Shown here one piece after another: positions 52,650-64,000 of a stretch of DNA of 64,000 nucleotides. Within the stretch, counting starts at the first letter, position 1, and each line of letters starts with the position of its first letter. A model generated the notes under the pieces. That model did not search any database. It was not told where the DNA came from and saw only the letters and a list, made by a program, of their open reading frames with translations. Origin of the DNA: Octopus bimaculoides (lineage: Eukaryota); NCBI RefSeq assembly GCF_001194135.2, contig NC_068987.1, positions 45,740,706-45,804,705 on the forward strand, in the 5' to 3' direction. The translations under genes were made by a program, and so were the position numbers.

Positions 52650-53464
52650 TGGTAGCATGTATGTATGTATGTATGTATGTATGTGTAGTTGGGGAGCAGT
52701 ACTTGTCAAGCCTGTTATTCTGCTACAATCATGTTCTGTTGTTTGTGATTAACTAAAGACATTATTGAACATTTCCAATTTAAAGTGGGTTGATGAGTGA
52801 ATATGGGTGGTGAGTGATAGTGATTTTAGCAACAACAGTAATGTCAACAGTGTATGTTACTGTTGTTATTGTTGTTGTTGCAGTGGTGGTTGTGATGGTG
52901 ATGTCAGTGGTAGTCATTACAGGGAGAGGCTTGACAATAAAACAAGTAAATTTTATCTTGATGTAATCTATACTCTGTGAAGATTTTTACGTAAATCTAT
53001 TCCACTCCATAATCATTTACCAGCTAATTAATTTGTATATTTTGTTAATAATTTAATAAATTACTTTAGATATACAGTTGGTGATAGATTTAGTCTCTCT
53101 TATTTTGTTTTTAAATTTCATTCTGCAGTTATCAGCAAAGAACTCTTCATCATCCTCTGTCATCATCATCATCATTGTCATTACTGTTATTGTCATCGTC
53201 ATCAGCAGCATCGTTTTAGTGTCTGCTATTCTATGCTCAGATGGTTCAGATGGAATTTGTTGAGGCAGATGTTTTTTTTATAACTAGAGACCCTTCCTCT
53301 TGCTAACTCTCACCTGTTTCCAAGCAATGTAATATTTACCCATGGCCAGACACATTTTTTTATGGAAATTAGCGGGCAGTACTTGTACTACAGTGACTAT
53401 TGTTCTGTGTCAAGACAAGAAGACATACACATACATATGCTCCCCCCCCCCACATAAATGTGTT

Positions 53465-53529
<65 letters not shown>

Positions 53530-53590
53530 TATGATAAAAGTAACAAATTAATGTTTTAGAAGCATTGAAATGTGTATTGTGAGATAGAAT

Positions 53591-53844
53591 TAAAATGACA
53601 ATTTATTTTCAAATGCATAAACGTTGATAGAACCACACAGAGTGGATAAGATATCCATACAAAGCAGAAAAATTTGTCAGCAACCAGCCATGAGACTCGA
53701 ACTCACATCCCTTTGATTACAGGTCAAGTGCTTTACCAATTAAGCTAAACTACTCACCGACAAATTAATCTACTTTGCACGGATATCTTATCCACTCTCT
53801 GCTCTTCTATCAGCACTTATGTGTTTGAAAATAAATTATCATCT

Positions 53845-53846
<2 letters not shown>
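53591..53846. repeat. Foldback element: 88-bp inverted arms enclosing a tRNA-like sequence
   Basis: 53591-53678 versus the reverse complement of 53759-53846: 72/88 identical, ungapped (hand alignment). Confidence 0.9.
53682..53754 (-). tRNA. tRNA-Thr(UGU)-like pseudogene
   Basis: D arm GCTT/AAGC with loop AATTGGTA; anticodon arm TTGA-CCTGTAA-TCAA; T arm GTGAG-TTCGAGT-CTCAT; 73 nt; weak acceptor stem and C at position 33, so unlikely to be a functional tRNA. Confidence 0.75.
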
Positions 53847-53882
<36 letters not shown>

Positions 53883-53883
53883 C

Positions 53884-53936
<53 letters not shown>

Positions 53937-53939
53937 AGA

Positions 53940-54091
53940 GTAACCACATAGATGTGAAACAAGATGCAAAAAAATAGTACTCGAATATGGATATAGAGTA
54001 AGATGCTTCATTATTAAAGCTGAAAAAACATCACAAAAATATCACAAAAAACTGCTACTCAGAGTTTCATGTTCCTATTCGTTGGACAGTT
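53940..54091 (-). mobile_element. Penelope-like terminal repeat with a minimal hammerhead-like motif at 54050-54091
   Basis: Minus strand: AACTGT-CCAACGA-ATAGGAACAT-GAAA-CTCTGAG-TA-GCAGTT; abuts (TA)n. Confidence 0.6.
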
Positions 54092-54192
54092 TAGATACAC
54101 ATATATATAGACATATATACACACATATATACACATATACACATATATATATGTATATATACATATAAATATGCGCACACACACATACACAT

Positions 54193-54483
54193 ATCTAAAG
54201 TTAGGGAATGGAGTAGTTAAGATTCAGACTACATATGTTTCATAGCTAGCAGAACCTCACAAGTAGTAATTATCTAAGCAAGGGGTAATCCACTAGCTAC
54301 TTGAATCTCCTGCAAGTCAACATGGGATCCCTTGACAACATACTTCCTTTGATTAAGGTATCTTTGGCCCAATAAGTAGCTAGCAGATTACCCCTCGTTT
54401 GGATAATTACTACATCTAAGGTTCTTCTAGTTATGAAACATATGTAGCCTATACCTTATCTATTCCATTCCTTAATTTTGGAT
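54193..54483. repeat. Foldback element: 110-bp inverted arms, 71-nt loop
   Basis: 54193-54302 versus the reverse complement of 54374-54483: 91/110 identical, ungapped. Confidence 0.9.
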
Positions 54484-54618
54484 TTTGATACAGGAAAAAC
54501 TTACAACCTTCTACATCAATAGACTACTATTGTTCCTGAAAGTTGTTTCTTTTACCTTCTACGGACTGCTTGAAGCTTATTATCTTCCTATACCTTGATT
54601 CTTGGATCTTATTTTTAC

Positions 54619-54684
<66 letters not shown>

Positions 54685-56171
54685 ACACATACACATACAC
54701 ATATATATATACAGCGGAACCTTGGTATATGAATTTAATTCTCTCCTGAAAGTCATTTGTCATCCAAAATGTGTGTAAACCAAAACTATTTTTCCTATAG
54801 GAAATCCAAGAGAAGACATGGAAAATTCCATCTGGAGTATGCACTGAGTGAAAGCTAGGCAGCAACTCACACTCACCTGCTGATACTCCTATCTTGTTGC
54901 CAACCTCTGTTACCAGCTTGGATGTTCATTAATTGAGACACTATTCATCATCCAAGATGTTTTATGTTCAAAAAATTGTCCACAAACTGAGGTTCCACTA
55001 CATATGTATATGTGCAGCAAAAGCTGAATGCTCACATGTCGTCTTCAATGGGAGAGTCCATCAGTCCAAGGTGCTCTGTAGTGGGACTGGACCTGAAACC
55101 ATATGGTCAGAAACCAAACTTCTAAAGCACACAGTTCTGACTACACTTATTCAAATAAATATTGTGAGTTTTTAGATTCCTGATAGAGTTATTTCATTTT
55201 TGCTTACATTGTTAATGCCTTTAGGAAAGACATACTCTTCACAACATCATTTCTTCCTTCTGTGTCACAAATCAATAAGGTTAACTGTCCAGTGACAGGA
55301 TATTTATGATAATGAATAGTCAGGCAATTAACTCTATTTATTGCATTTGCATGAGATGAATGAAATATTGATTGATTTAGTCCAGTAATTTAAACATTTG
55401 TTAACATAATAAAAAGATCATCAGCATCATCATCATCATCATTGCCTTAACATTTGCATTGCTATACAGGCATGGACTGAATAAGTCTGCAAGACAGCAA
55501 ATTGCTTATTGTTTTGATTATGTGTCATTTTGTTGGTGGAGCCCTGCATTTTGAGATCTTATCTTAGAGACATTGTCACATGTTTTGTTCTTGTCACAGG
55601 AAACTTCAGTTGGAAATACATAATCTTGTTGCGAATATGTGAACACACTGATGATTCAGTAGCTATGATATACTAGAGCCTCCATCAGGGCCAACAAGGA
55701 GTGTCACAGATCAAAGATCACCCTGACCACCAAGGATACAAGCCCTTTCCAAGCTGTTGCTCTTCAATCTACAGGCATATGCTTAGAGTAATTCCATCAA
55801 TCCTAACCATTTTCATCATAGTCACGCTAATTTTGACAAATTTGCTGAGGGAGAGTACTTCTCTTTCCACTTTCATTCACTTTTTTAAGTGAACTTGAAA
55901 AAGTTGATGAGAGTTTGACAGAAAAAAAAAAGTGTCAGTCAATTCTTTTACCACACAACCTTTATTGCTATCACTATTAGACAAAGGTACACCACCTGCC
56001 CTGCCTTGTTATGGATGGGTTATGAACTGATTCTCACAGTGGACATACTTGATAGCCAAATTCATCCTACATGTGACATCTGTTCAACATAACTCCATGA
56101 GTGAGCAACACTGACTGATGAGTATGTGTAGTACAGTTTCATTATTTTGTGCACATCTCAAACAGTCTTAC

Positions 56172-56279
56172 CTGATGGCACTTCTATGCCTGTAGAATTT
56201 GCTGTGAACCTGTAGTGCCTCTTTTTAGCACTGAAAGGCTCAGGTTTCCTGGAAGTCATCTCTTTGTCCTTGTTGACAC
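56172..56279 (-). CDS. Candidate 108-nt symmetric (phase 1-1) exon
   Basis: CTCTAG|GTGTC...CATCAG|GTAAGA; reads VNKDKEMTSRKPEPFSAKKRHYRFTANSTGIEVPS; acceptor is only moderate. Confidence 0.35.
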
Positions 56280-56972
56280 CTAGAGTATATCTAAGTACAT
56301 AATTGCTAATCCAGTTTCTGTAGTCTTTTTGTGTTGGGAAAGACACATTAAACTTTCAATTGATGGGTTCCTATTTATGACTGTGCCAATCATAAATTTG
56401 TGGCCTGTGCAGCCAACCAGTTTAAAATGTCGACACCCCACACTATCTCTATCAGCTAATGTAACGAACACTCTATTTAGGTATGATCTGGATGACCCCT
56501 TGTGGTTGTTCTATGTCCACTCTAGCAGATTCAGGAAAGCCAGTCTTTATGTTCTGGATTTATGACTGGTATACTTAGTACTTTGCCAGGATTAACACCA
56601 CCACCAGATCTTTGGACGTCTTTAACAGAGTTTATCTGTTGTAAACATCTGGGCTAGTTCTTAGATTTTCTTAAAAGATAGATGAACACGAAGGTTGAAC
56701 TTTCCTTTTTGACTAATTGGCAAAAAACAAAGAGAACCCCATCAATCACATTATGTTAAAGAGTTTAAAAAAATATAATGATAGAATAACAATGGTTAAA
56801 AATGATTTTTAATATTCATTTTAATAATGATAATGATGATGATGAATAGTGAAGGCATGTCATAGATGAGGTCATGAATAGTGATGAAAGAACTCTGATG
56901 AACCTAGCTGACTGATTGATTCACTGAACAGTTAATCAAACAAACAATTAATTAATTGGTTACATGGTTGAC

Positions 56973-57020
<48 letters not shown>

Positions 57021-57584
57021 TAATAATAATAATAATAATAATAAAAGAAGTGAAATAAAATCAATGCAAGTGTTTCTTATTGGTATAATGGCCTTCCCAA
57101 GATACAACAAAATCTGTTTCAACACACATTTCACAACAAGAATCTTGAAAAACCAAATTCAAAAATGCATTAAAATAAGTTGTATTTAATTAATAAAATC
57201 TAAGTAGGAAAAAAAAGAAATCTTAAATATTTCAAATGATTGCCTTTAAAAAAATAATACTAAAATGAAGAGGAGAAATAAAATTTATGAAGTGGTATTT
57301 AAGTTCTATAACAATCTCCTTGATAACTATTAAGTAATTATCTTGCTCTCCAAGAACCTACTCATTCCTACTGTTAAGTATTTGAGCAATTTCAGAACTA
57401 GCTTTAATAAAGTAGTAATGTTACAAGGTTACACAGTAGAGAGAAAAAGAATCAACATAGCATGTACCTTCACTCAACTATGACTACAGCAGTGGTTTAA
57501 GAATAACAGTCAGTAGCAACAACAGCTTAATAATAATTACGCATGGATGTGTGTGTAACATGTGTTGTGGCGTGTGAGCGTGCA

Positions 57585-57618
<34 letters not shown>

Positions 57619-57748
57619 TGTGTGCGCAAATATATATGTATATGTGTGTGTGCATATGTATATGTGTGTACATGTGTGTATCTGTGTGTGTGTATATATA
57701 TACATACTCATAAACATAAATGTATGTTTATTTTGCATACGTACATAC

Positions 57749-57789
<41 letters not shown>

Positions 57790-58258
57790 NNNNNNNNNNN
57801 NNNNNNNNNNNNNNNNNNNNNNNNNNNNNNNNNNNNNNNNNNNNNNNNNNNNNNNNNNNNNNNNNNNNNNNNNNNNNNNNNNNNNNNNNNNNNNNNNNNN
57901 NNNNNNNNNNNNNNNNNNNNNNNNNNNNNNNNNNNNNNNNNNNNNNNNNNNNNNNNNNNNNNNNNNNNNNNNNNNNNNNNNNNNNNNNNNNNNNNNNNNN
58001 NNNNNNNNNNNNNNNNNNNNNNNNNNNNNNNNNNNNNNNNNNNNNNNNNNNNNNNNNNNNNNNNNNNNNNNNNNNNNNNNNNNNNNNNNNNNNNNNNNNN
58101 NNNNNNNNNNNNNNNNNNNNNNNNNNNNNNNNNNNNNNNNNNNNNNNNNNNNNNNNNNNNNNNNNNNNNNNNNNNNNNNNNNNNNNNNNNNNNNNNNNNN
58201 NNNNNNNNNNNNNNNNNNNNNNNNNNNNNNNNNNNNNNNNNNNNNNNNNNNNNNNNNN
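57790..58258. other. Assembly gap
   Basis: N run between (TA)n and (CA)n. Confidence 1.
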
Positions 58259-58288
<30 letters not shown>

Positions 58289-58289
<1 letters not shown>

Positions 58290-58463
58290 TAGTGTATGAA
58301 ATATATATGGAGAGAAAACCATCATGTGGATTCTTTACATGCTAAAAATGGCAATCAAAGCCCAAAACCACAAAAAAAAAAAACATTTGGGCTTTGACTG
58401 CCATTTTTAGCATGTAAGAAATCCACATGGTAATTTTCTCTTCGTGTATATTTCATACACTAT
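58289..58463. repeat. Foldback element: 78-bp inverted arms, 19-nt A-rich loop
   Basis: 58289-58366 versus the reverse complement of 58386-58463: 69/78 identical, and all 9 differences are transitions. Confidence 0.92.
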
Positions 58464-58565
58464 TATATTTAAAAATATTTATGTCTCTGACTTTTATTAC
58501 ACATGCTAACTACTGTTTAATAATTATTTAATAATTTTTACCCTTGTACTTATAAAGTTATATAT

Positions 58566-58676
58566 CATCATCATCATCATCAACATCGTTTAACGTCCGC
58601 TTTCCATGCTAGCATGGGTTGGACGATTTGACTGAGGACTGGTGAAACCGGATGGCAACACCAGGCTCCAGTCTAA
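58566..58676 (-). mobile_element. Family C 3' end, young copy
   Basis: (CAT)n-CGTTTAACGTCCGCTTTCCATGCTAGCATGGGTTGGACG; near-identical to the reverse of 30-140. Confidence 0.8.
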
Positions 58677-59335
58677 TATATATATATTATTTCTATATGA
58701 TGGGCTTCTTTTAATTTTCATCAACCAAATCCATTTACAAGGCTTTGGTCAACCAAGGGCTATAGTAGATTGTGCTTATTCAAAGTGCTATATGACAGGA
58801 CTGAACCTGAAACCATGTGGTTTTGAAAAAAACTTCTTAACTACACTGCTACAAATTTGTGTATTCATGTATGCATGCTAATACTTATAATATATGTATA
58901 TGTGTGTGTGTGTGTGTGTCTGAGCGTTTGTATCTGTGTTAGCATACATACATGTACATGTGTTTGTGTGTGTGTGTATGTTTCTGTTTGTGTGTTAAGA
59001 TAAAAAGATGGAAAAGTGAACGCCCACCTCCACCTACCAACAGCTCATACATCATTTAAACAACACACTGGAGCACATCACGACTTGCACTCTATGGCAG
59101 AATTCATGTGGATGAAAATAGTTCCAAATTAATTGCATGCCGGGATTTCCTGCTCATAACCTTGCCATCAAATGAAAATATCAACAAGTAACAACACCAG
59201 CAACAACAATATTTTTTTTGCAAAGATGAGAAAATATTTCTGACATGGCTGCAATTATTTTAGGAAAACATAATGTAATTTGAAATAGATAAAGCAAAAT
59301 CCATCAAACGATGAAGATGATGATAATGATAATCG

Positions 59336-59549
59336 GTTCTAGTCTAGGCACAAGGCCTGAAATTTTGGGGGCAGGGGCAGGTTGATTACATTGACTCTAG
59401 TGTTTCACTGGTACTTAATTTATTGACCCCAAAAGGATAAAAGGCAGAGCCAACCTTGGGGGAACTTGAACTCGGAACAAGAAGATGGATAAAATGCCGG
59501 TGTGCTACAATTCTGCCAGCTCACCACCATGATAATAATAATAATGATG

Positions 59550-59629
<80 letters not shown>

Positions 59630-59667
59630 TAATAATAATAATGATGATGATAATAATAATAATAATG

Positions 59668-59715
<48 letters not shown>

Positions 59716-59716
59716 C

Positions 59717-59765
<49 letters not shown>

Positions 59766-59955
59766 AATAATAATGGTTTCAAATTTTGGCACAGCAATTT
59801 TTGAGGAGAGAAGTCAATTACATTGACATCCAATATTTGCTGCTGCTTATTTTATCAACCCTGAAAGGATGAAAGGCAAAGTCAGCTTTAGTGGCATTTG
59901 AACTCAGAAGTTAAAGACGGATAAAACATCACTAAACATTTTGTCCAGTGACAGC
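59336..59955 (-). mobile_element. Two SINE family A copies separated by a ~245-bp (AAT)n/(GAT)n tract
   Basis: Reverse cores at about 59425-59475 and 59855-59910; microsatellite at 59530-59775. Confidence 0.8.
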
Positions 59956-60577
59956 TCATTTATGATAATGAATAGTCAGGCAATTAACACACACACATTA
60001 CATATTTACATATATAATGGGCTTCTACACATATTCTGGCCATTGAATTCACTCGCAAAGCATTGGTCTCTCTGAAGTTATAGTAGTAGTAGACACTTGA
60101 TCAAGGTACCATGGAGTAGGACTGAACCCAAAGCCATGGGGTTGTGAGACAAACTTCTAAATTACACAGCATGACATTTCAGCAAATCTCTTATCAAGAA
60201 TAATATCATGGTTCTTGAACAGAGACACAACTGAATGGTTATGAAGGCCACTGTGTGGATCTTGGGCAAGTGTCTTTTGCAAGAGCCTCAAATCAATCAA
60301 AGTCTTGTGGATGAAATTGGGTAGATGGAAACTGTGGAGAAGCCTGAGTGCTGGATCATATCTCTAATTCAACAGTCTAACCGTATCACATATTGTGGCA
60401 AGATGATGTGGCATTAGAATTAAGTTAACAATACTCATGTTTGTGGAATACTCAACCACTTACGTGGTAATTAAATGAGTATGTGTTAATTAAATAAGTA
60501 TGTAGTTTAATTGAGTGAACCATTGAAAGCTCATAATCAAAACCAACATACATACATGAATACTTAGTTAAATTGAA

Positions 60578-60797
60578 CCCTTTGGCATTCAGATTACTCA
60601 GTCAAATGTAATGCTTATTTATTCAGATTGTTTTGAATTAATCATACATTGTCTCATGGCTCTGCCATTTCAATGATGTGATTGTTTATTTTTAGGATGG
60701 CTTTGTAGAGCAGGTGTGATAGACCAAATCTGACCACGTTGAACACAAAATGGGTAGAATATTTGGGCTAGATATGGCTGGTTTAGATACAAACGGG
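60578..60797. mobile_element. piggyBac-type MITE
   Basis: TGAA|CCCTTTGGCATT...ATACAAACGGG|TTAA; CCC/GGG termini with TTAA-like target; homologous to 38141-38360. Confidence 0.6.
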
Positions 60798-60801
60798 TTA
60801 A

Positions 60802-61010
60802 GGCAGTGAACAGATTCATTAGCACACTGGGTAAAATGCTTAGCAGCATTTCATCCATCTTTGTGTTCTGAGTTCAAATTCCCCTGAGGTCAACTTTGCC
60901 TACCATCTACCTGGGGTTTATAAAATAAGTGCTGGTTGAACACTGGGGTCAATTTAACTGACTTAGTCCTTCCTCACTAAACCTGTTGGCCTTGTGCTAA
61001 AATTTGAATT
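60802..61010 (+). mobile_element. SINE family A
   Basis: TTAGCACACTGGGTAAAATGCTTAGC...GAGTTCAAATTCC...GGTCAACTTTGCC. Confidence 0.8.
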
Positions 61011-62905
61011 TATTATCTTTGTTAAATTAGTTTTAACATACTTAAACACAATGTTAAAAAATTACTTTAAAATAATTATAATTACTAAACAGTGTCATTT
61101 ATTTGCAGTCCACTGCAAAAGCATGTTCAGGTTTCTTGATATGTCTTGACATTTTGAATGGTCTTTGTAAAAACAAAAGAGTCATTCATATGATGTCATT
61201 TGTTTCCAAGTTCTCTATATAAACATGTCCAAGATGTTTGGTATTTGATAGACTGGGAGATTGTTACTTTACTTGGAAACAGGTGGTGAAGGTGGCAGGA
61301 TGGCATCAAGAATGGCATCTAGCTATAGAAAACACCTACCCCAACTTACTTATGATTGATCTATGCAAGCATGGAGAAGTGTTATGACAATGATGATAAT
61401 AACAATGATGATGGTGATGGTGGTGGTGGTGGTGGTGTGATGGTCATGATGATGATGATGATTACAATGATGATGATGATGATGATGGCAATAATGCTGT
61501 TAGTGATTTTTCTCCCTATTTTTGTTTATCTTGCTGAAAAGACAGACAGCATTTGTCATCCTACAAATGGCAATAAAATAAAGTTTAAAATTGTAAATCT
61601 AGTCAACCTATGTTAGCACAGACTAATGGATGGAATATTGTATTAGAGAAACACCCCCACTAAAAAAAAAAAAAAAGCTAAACAAAAACGAAAGGCCATA
61701 AAAGTAATGTTATAATGATTGTAAAAGAACAAAAGCTAAATATTGCAGATGCTATTTTTGTGATTGTTGTAATTTCATTGCTGCTTTAACATGCTTTTAT
61801 TGTTGTTGTTGTTGTTGTTGTTATACTCTCAATAATGTTGAGGCTGTTGTTGTAGTTGTTAAGTCCTTTGTCATAGACATTGTCATTGTTACTGCTCATA
61901 TTAATGCACTGATTGCTCATGAAACTGTAAAGACATATTAAATCACTGTTACCTTTCAAGTACCTCTTCCACATGCCACAATCTGACTGGCTGTAAGCCC
62001 CACAGGGAATATTTAAATCTTTCTCAAAAGCCAAATTATGCATTGACATGTTTTTTTTTTTATATACTGTCTTCCATCCAATTTCCCATGCTAGCTTGGA
62101 ATAGTTATGATTCTTTGGTTAATAAGCCATCATTTTTTTACTTCAAAGCCATTATAATGCCTCACGGAAAAAAAAAAAAAAAATCAGATAATAGTCTTCT
62201 GTTTTAAAACAGAATTATAAAAATATTCTAAATGAAGAATAGCAATGAAGTTCCAAAAATGGTAAAGTGTTGAACTAATGGTGTTGTAGTCTTTTATTTA
62301 AATTCAGTGCATTCTCACTTCAAATCCTGCAGACATTTTACAGTTCTGTTATCAATTAGTTATAGTTAAGTACCAGACTTGTTAAATTGGTTTAACCAAC
62401 ACTAGTATGTGGGTTAGGGTTAAATTGATTTAACAAACCTTTGTGAAAAGGTTGCTTAAATCAATTTTTAAAATCCTTGTACATCAGTTAGAGTGCTAGT
62501 AAATTTGTGGTTTTGTCATAAGAAAAAGTTATAAATTAATATCTTTAACCAGAACGAAGAAAATATTTGTTAAAATACACAAAATATTTTTCAGTATAAT
62601 AAATACTTCATATATTCTATTCAAATTCAGCCCTGTTTAAATTCATATTTTCACCGGGGATCAATAATCAAGCGCTAGTGATTAATGTATAGAAGTGAAA
62701 TAACAGAATGGACAAGATATTGAATATCTGGGTCATAGGTCATGTGTTTGTATCATGCCACAAATGTTCTATCTGGATTTTTGACAAGAGACTTAATTCT
62801 ACATGTCACTGTTTACCTCATATGCTTTATAGGAAAAAATTACCAACATTGAACAAGTTATGCCTTATCTAGAATGATATTTACCTTGATTGTTTCACAT
62901 TTCAG

Positions 62906-62968
62906 ATTCTGGATTAGTGCCAGATTATGAAATGCTAAATAAACGAGATAAATCTCCTCTTAAATATG
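62906..62968 (+). CDS. Candidate 63-65-nt plus-strand exon
   Basis: Acceptor CCTTGATTGTTTCACATTTCAG; reads SGLVPDYEMLNKRDKSPLKY; donor G|GTGTTA or GGT|GTTAGT. Confidence 0.3.
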
Positions 62969-63429
62969 GTGTTAGTTAAATGCTGGTAACTCTTCCTTTA
63001 TGAGTTTTTAGAAATATTGAGTTAACCCCATGAAAACCAATCACCTCCTAATTTGCCTGTCAATTCAAAAGTGTTCATATTTATATTAAAATCACAACTG
63101 AGACTTCTGTATTGCATGAATGATAAACTAACTGAGATCCCTATCATCATAGTTTTAATGTTCACTTTTCTATGCTTGCATGGATCTGTTGGAATCTGGT
63201 GAAGCACATGCTTTTCTTGTCACCAACCTTCACCTGTTTGCAAACAAGGTGATATTTCTTTGTGGCTGAACATGTTGCTATGGAAGGCTGGAAACAAGGG
63301 GCACAACTTGTATAAAAGTGACTTGTTTACAACCATTACATGATTTCAAGACAAGGTGACACAAATACACACACACACACACACACACACAACCACCTGA
63401 ACACACACATACACAAGCACACACATATG

Positions 63430-63590
63430 ATGGGCTTCTTACAGTTTCTGTTTACCAAATCCAGTCATAAAGCTTATGCTGACCTAGGGCTATAATAGAT
63501 GACACTTATCCAAAGTGCCATTTAGTAGAACTGAACCTGAAACCATGTGGTTGGGAAGTGAACATTTTAACCATACAACTATGCCTGTGC
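63430..63590 (-). mobile_element. SINE family B, 5' half reversed
   Basis: CAGTTTCTGTTTACCAAATCC...CTGAACCTGAAACCATGTGGTTGGGAAG; similar reverse halves at 18465, 26975, 37535, 40745, 55030, 58700 and 60010. Confidence 0.75.
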
Positions 63591-64000
63591 TTACCAGTAA
63601 GTAAAAATCCATGATAGCTAGATGTAAGAAACTGTTTTTAATGATATATTCTATATAATGGCTTTATATACAAATAGATATAAAAATTGCTATTATTTTA
63701 TGAAATACATCCAAAGTTTTGATTGTTTTGAAAATGATTGAAACACATAAGCTGTCACTTCTTGTTAGAAATATGTTTCTGTAAAGGTTAGTAGGAAAAG
63801 AATGAAGATGAGTAAAAGAGATATAATTATTAATGAAATGAAAATGAAAAAAGATGAAATAATATTTTGAAGTATATCAGAAATAGCAGGAATAGAGAAA
63901 GAGGAGTAGTGCATGGATGTGACACTAGGAGTATGGTGTGCAAGTTGTAGACTATGAAATCATGGTGAGAGATGCATAATCAGAAGATTGAATAAAAATG

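Noticed and set aside
53682-53754. Functional tRNA-Thr gene
   Set aside because: The acceptor stem has a G-G mismatch and three G-U pairs, U33 is C, and pair 27-43 is mismatched; kept only as tRNA-like.
61953-61990. Minus-strand micro-exon PVRLWHVEEVLE, like a SAM-domain start
   Set aside because: Weak acceptor; 12 residues are not enough evidence.

Overview
AT-rich, microsatellite-laden eukaryotic DNA with 7 assembly gaps. The SINE and LINE families look like those of an octopus (coleoid cephalopod); this is inferred from recalled repeat sequences, not from a database search. Most of the window is intronic or intergenic. It holds dozens of SINE copies from several families, decayed RTE and Penelope-like (GIY-YIG) retroelements, and decayed Tc1/mariner, pogo/Tigger, hAT and piggyBac-type DNA transposon relics and MITEs. 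No complete host gene is visible. One strong minus-strand exon candidate (13751-13883) and several weaker ones suggest a large-intron gene. Nearly all supplied ORFs are microsatellite, N-gap or repeat artefacts. The main observations are: (1) a tRNA-Thr(UGU)-like cloverleaf filling the loop of an 88-bp inverted repeat, with a T5 terminator only on the downstream arm (53591-53846); (2) two more ungapped foldbacks with unrelated arms within 5 kb; (3) about seven hammerhead-ribozyme-like motifs of several designs tied to Penelope-like termini; (4) a mariner relic whose 3' end is replaced by an inverted copy of its own 5' end; (5) a 193-bp duplication with microhomology junctions inside a SINE. 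Boundaries of decayed repeats are approximate. Family labels A-F are my own.
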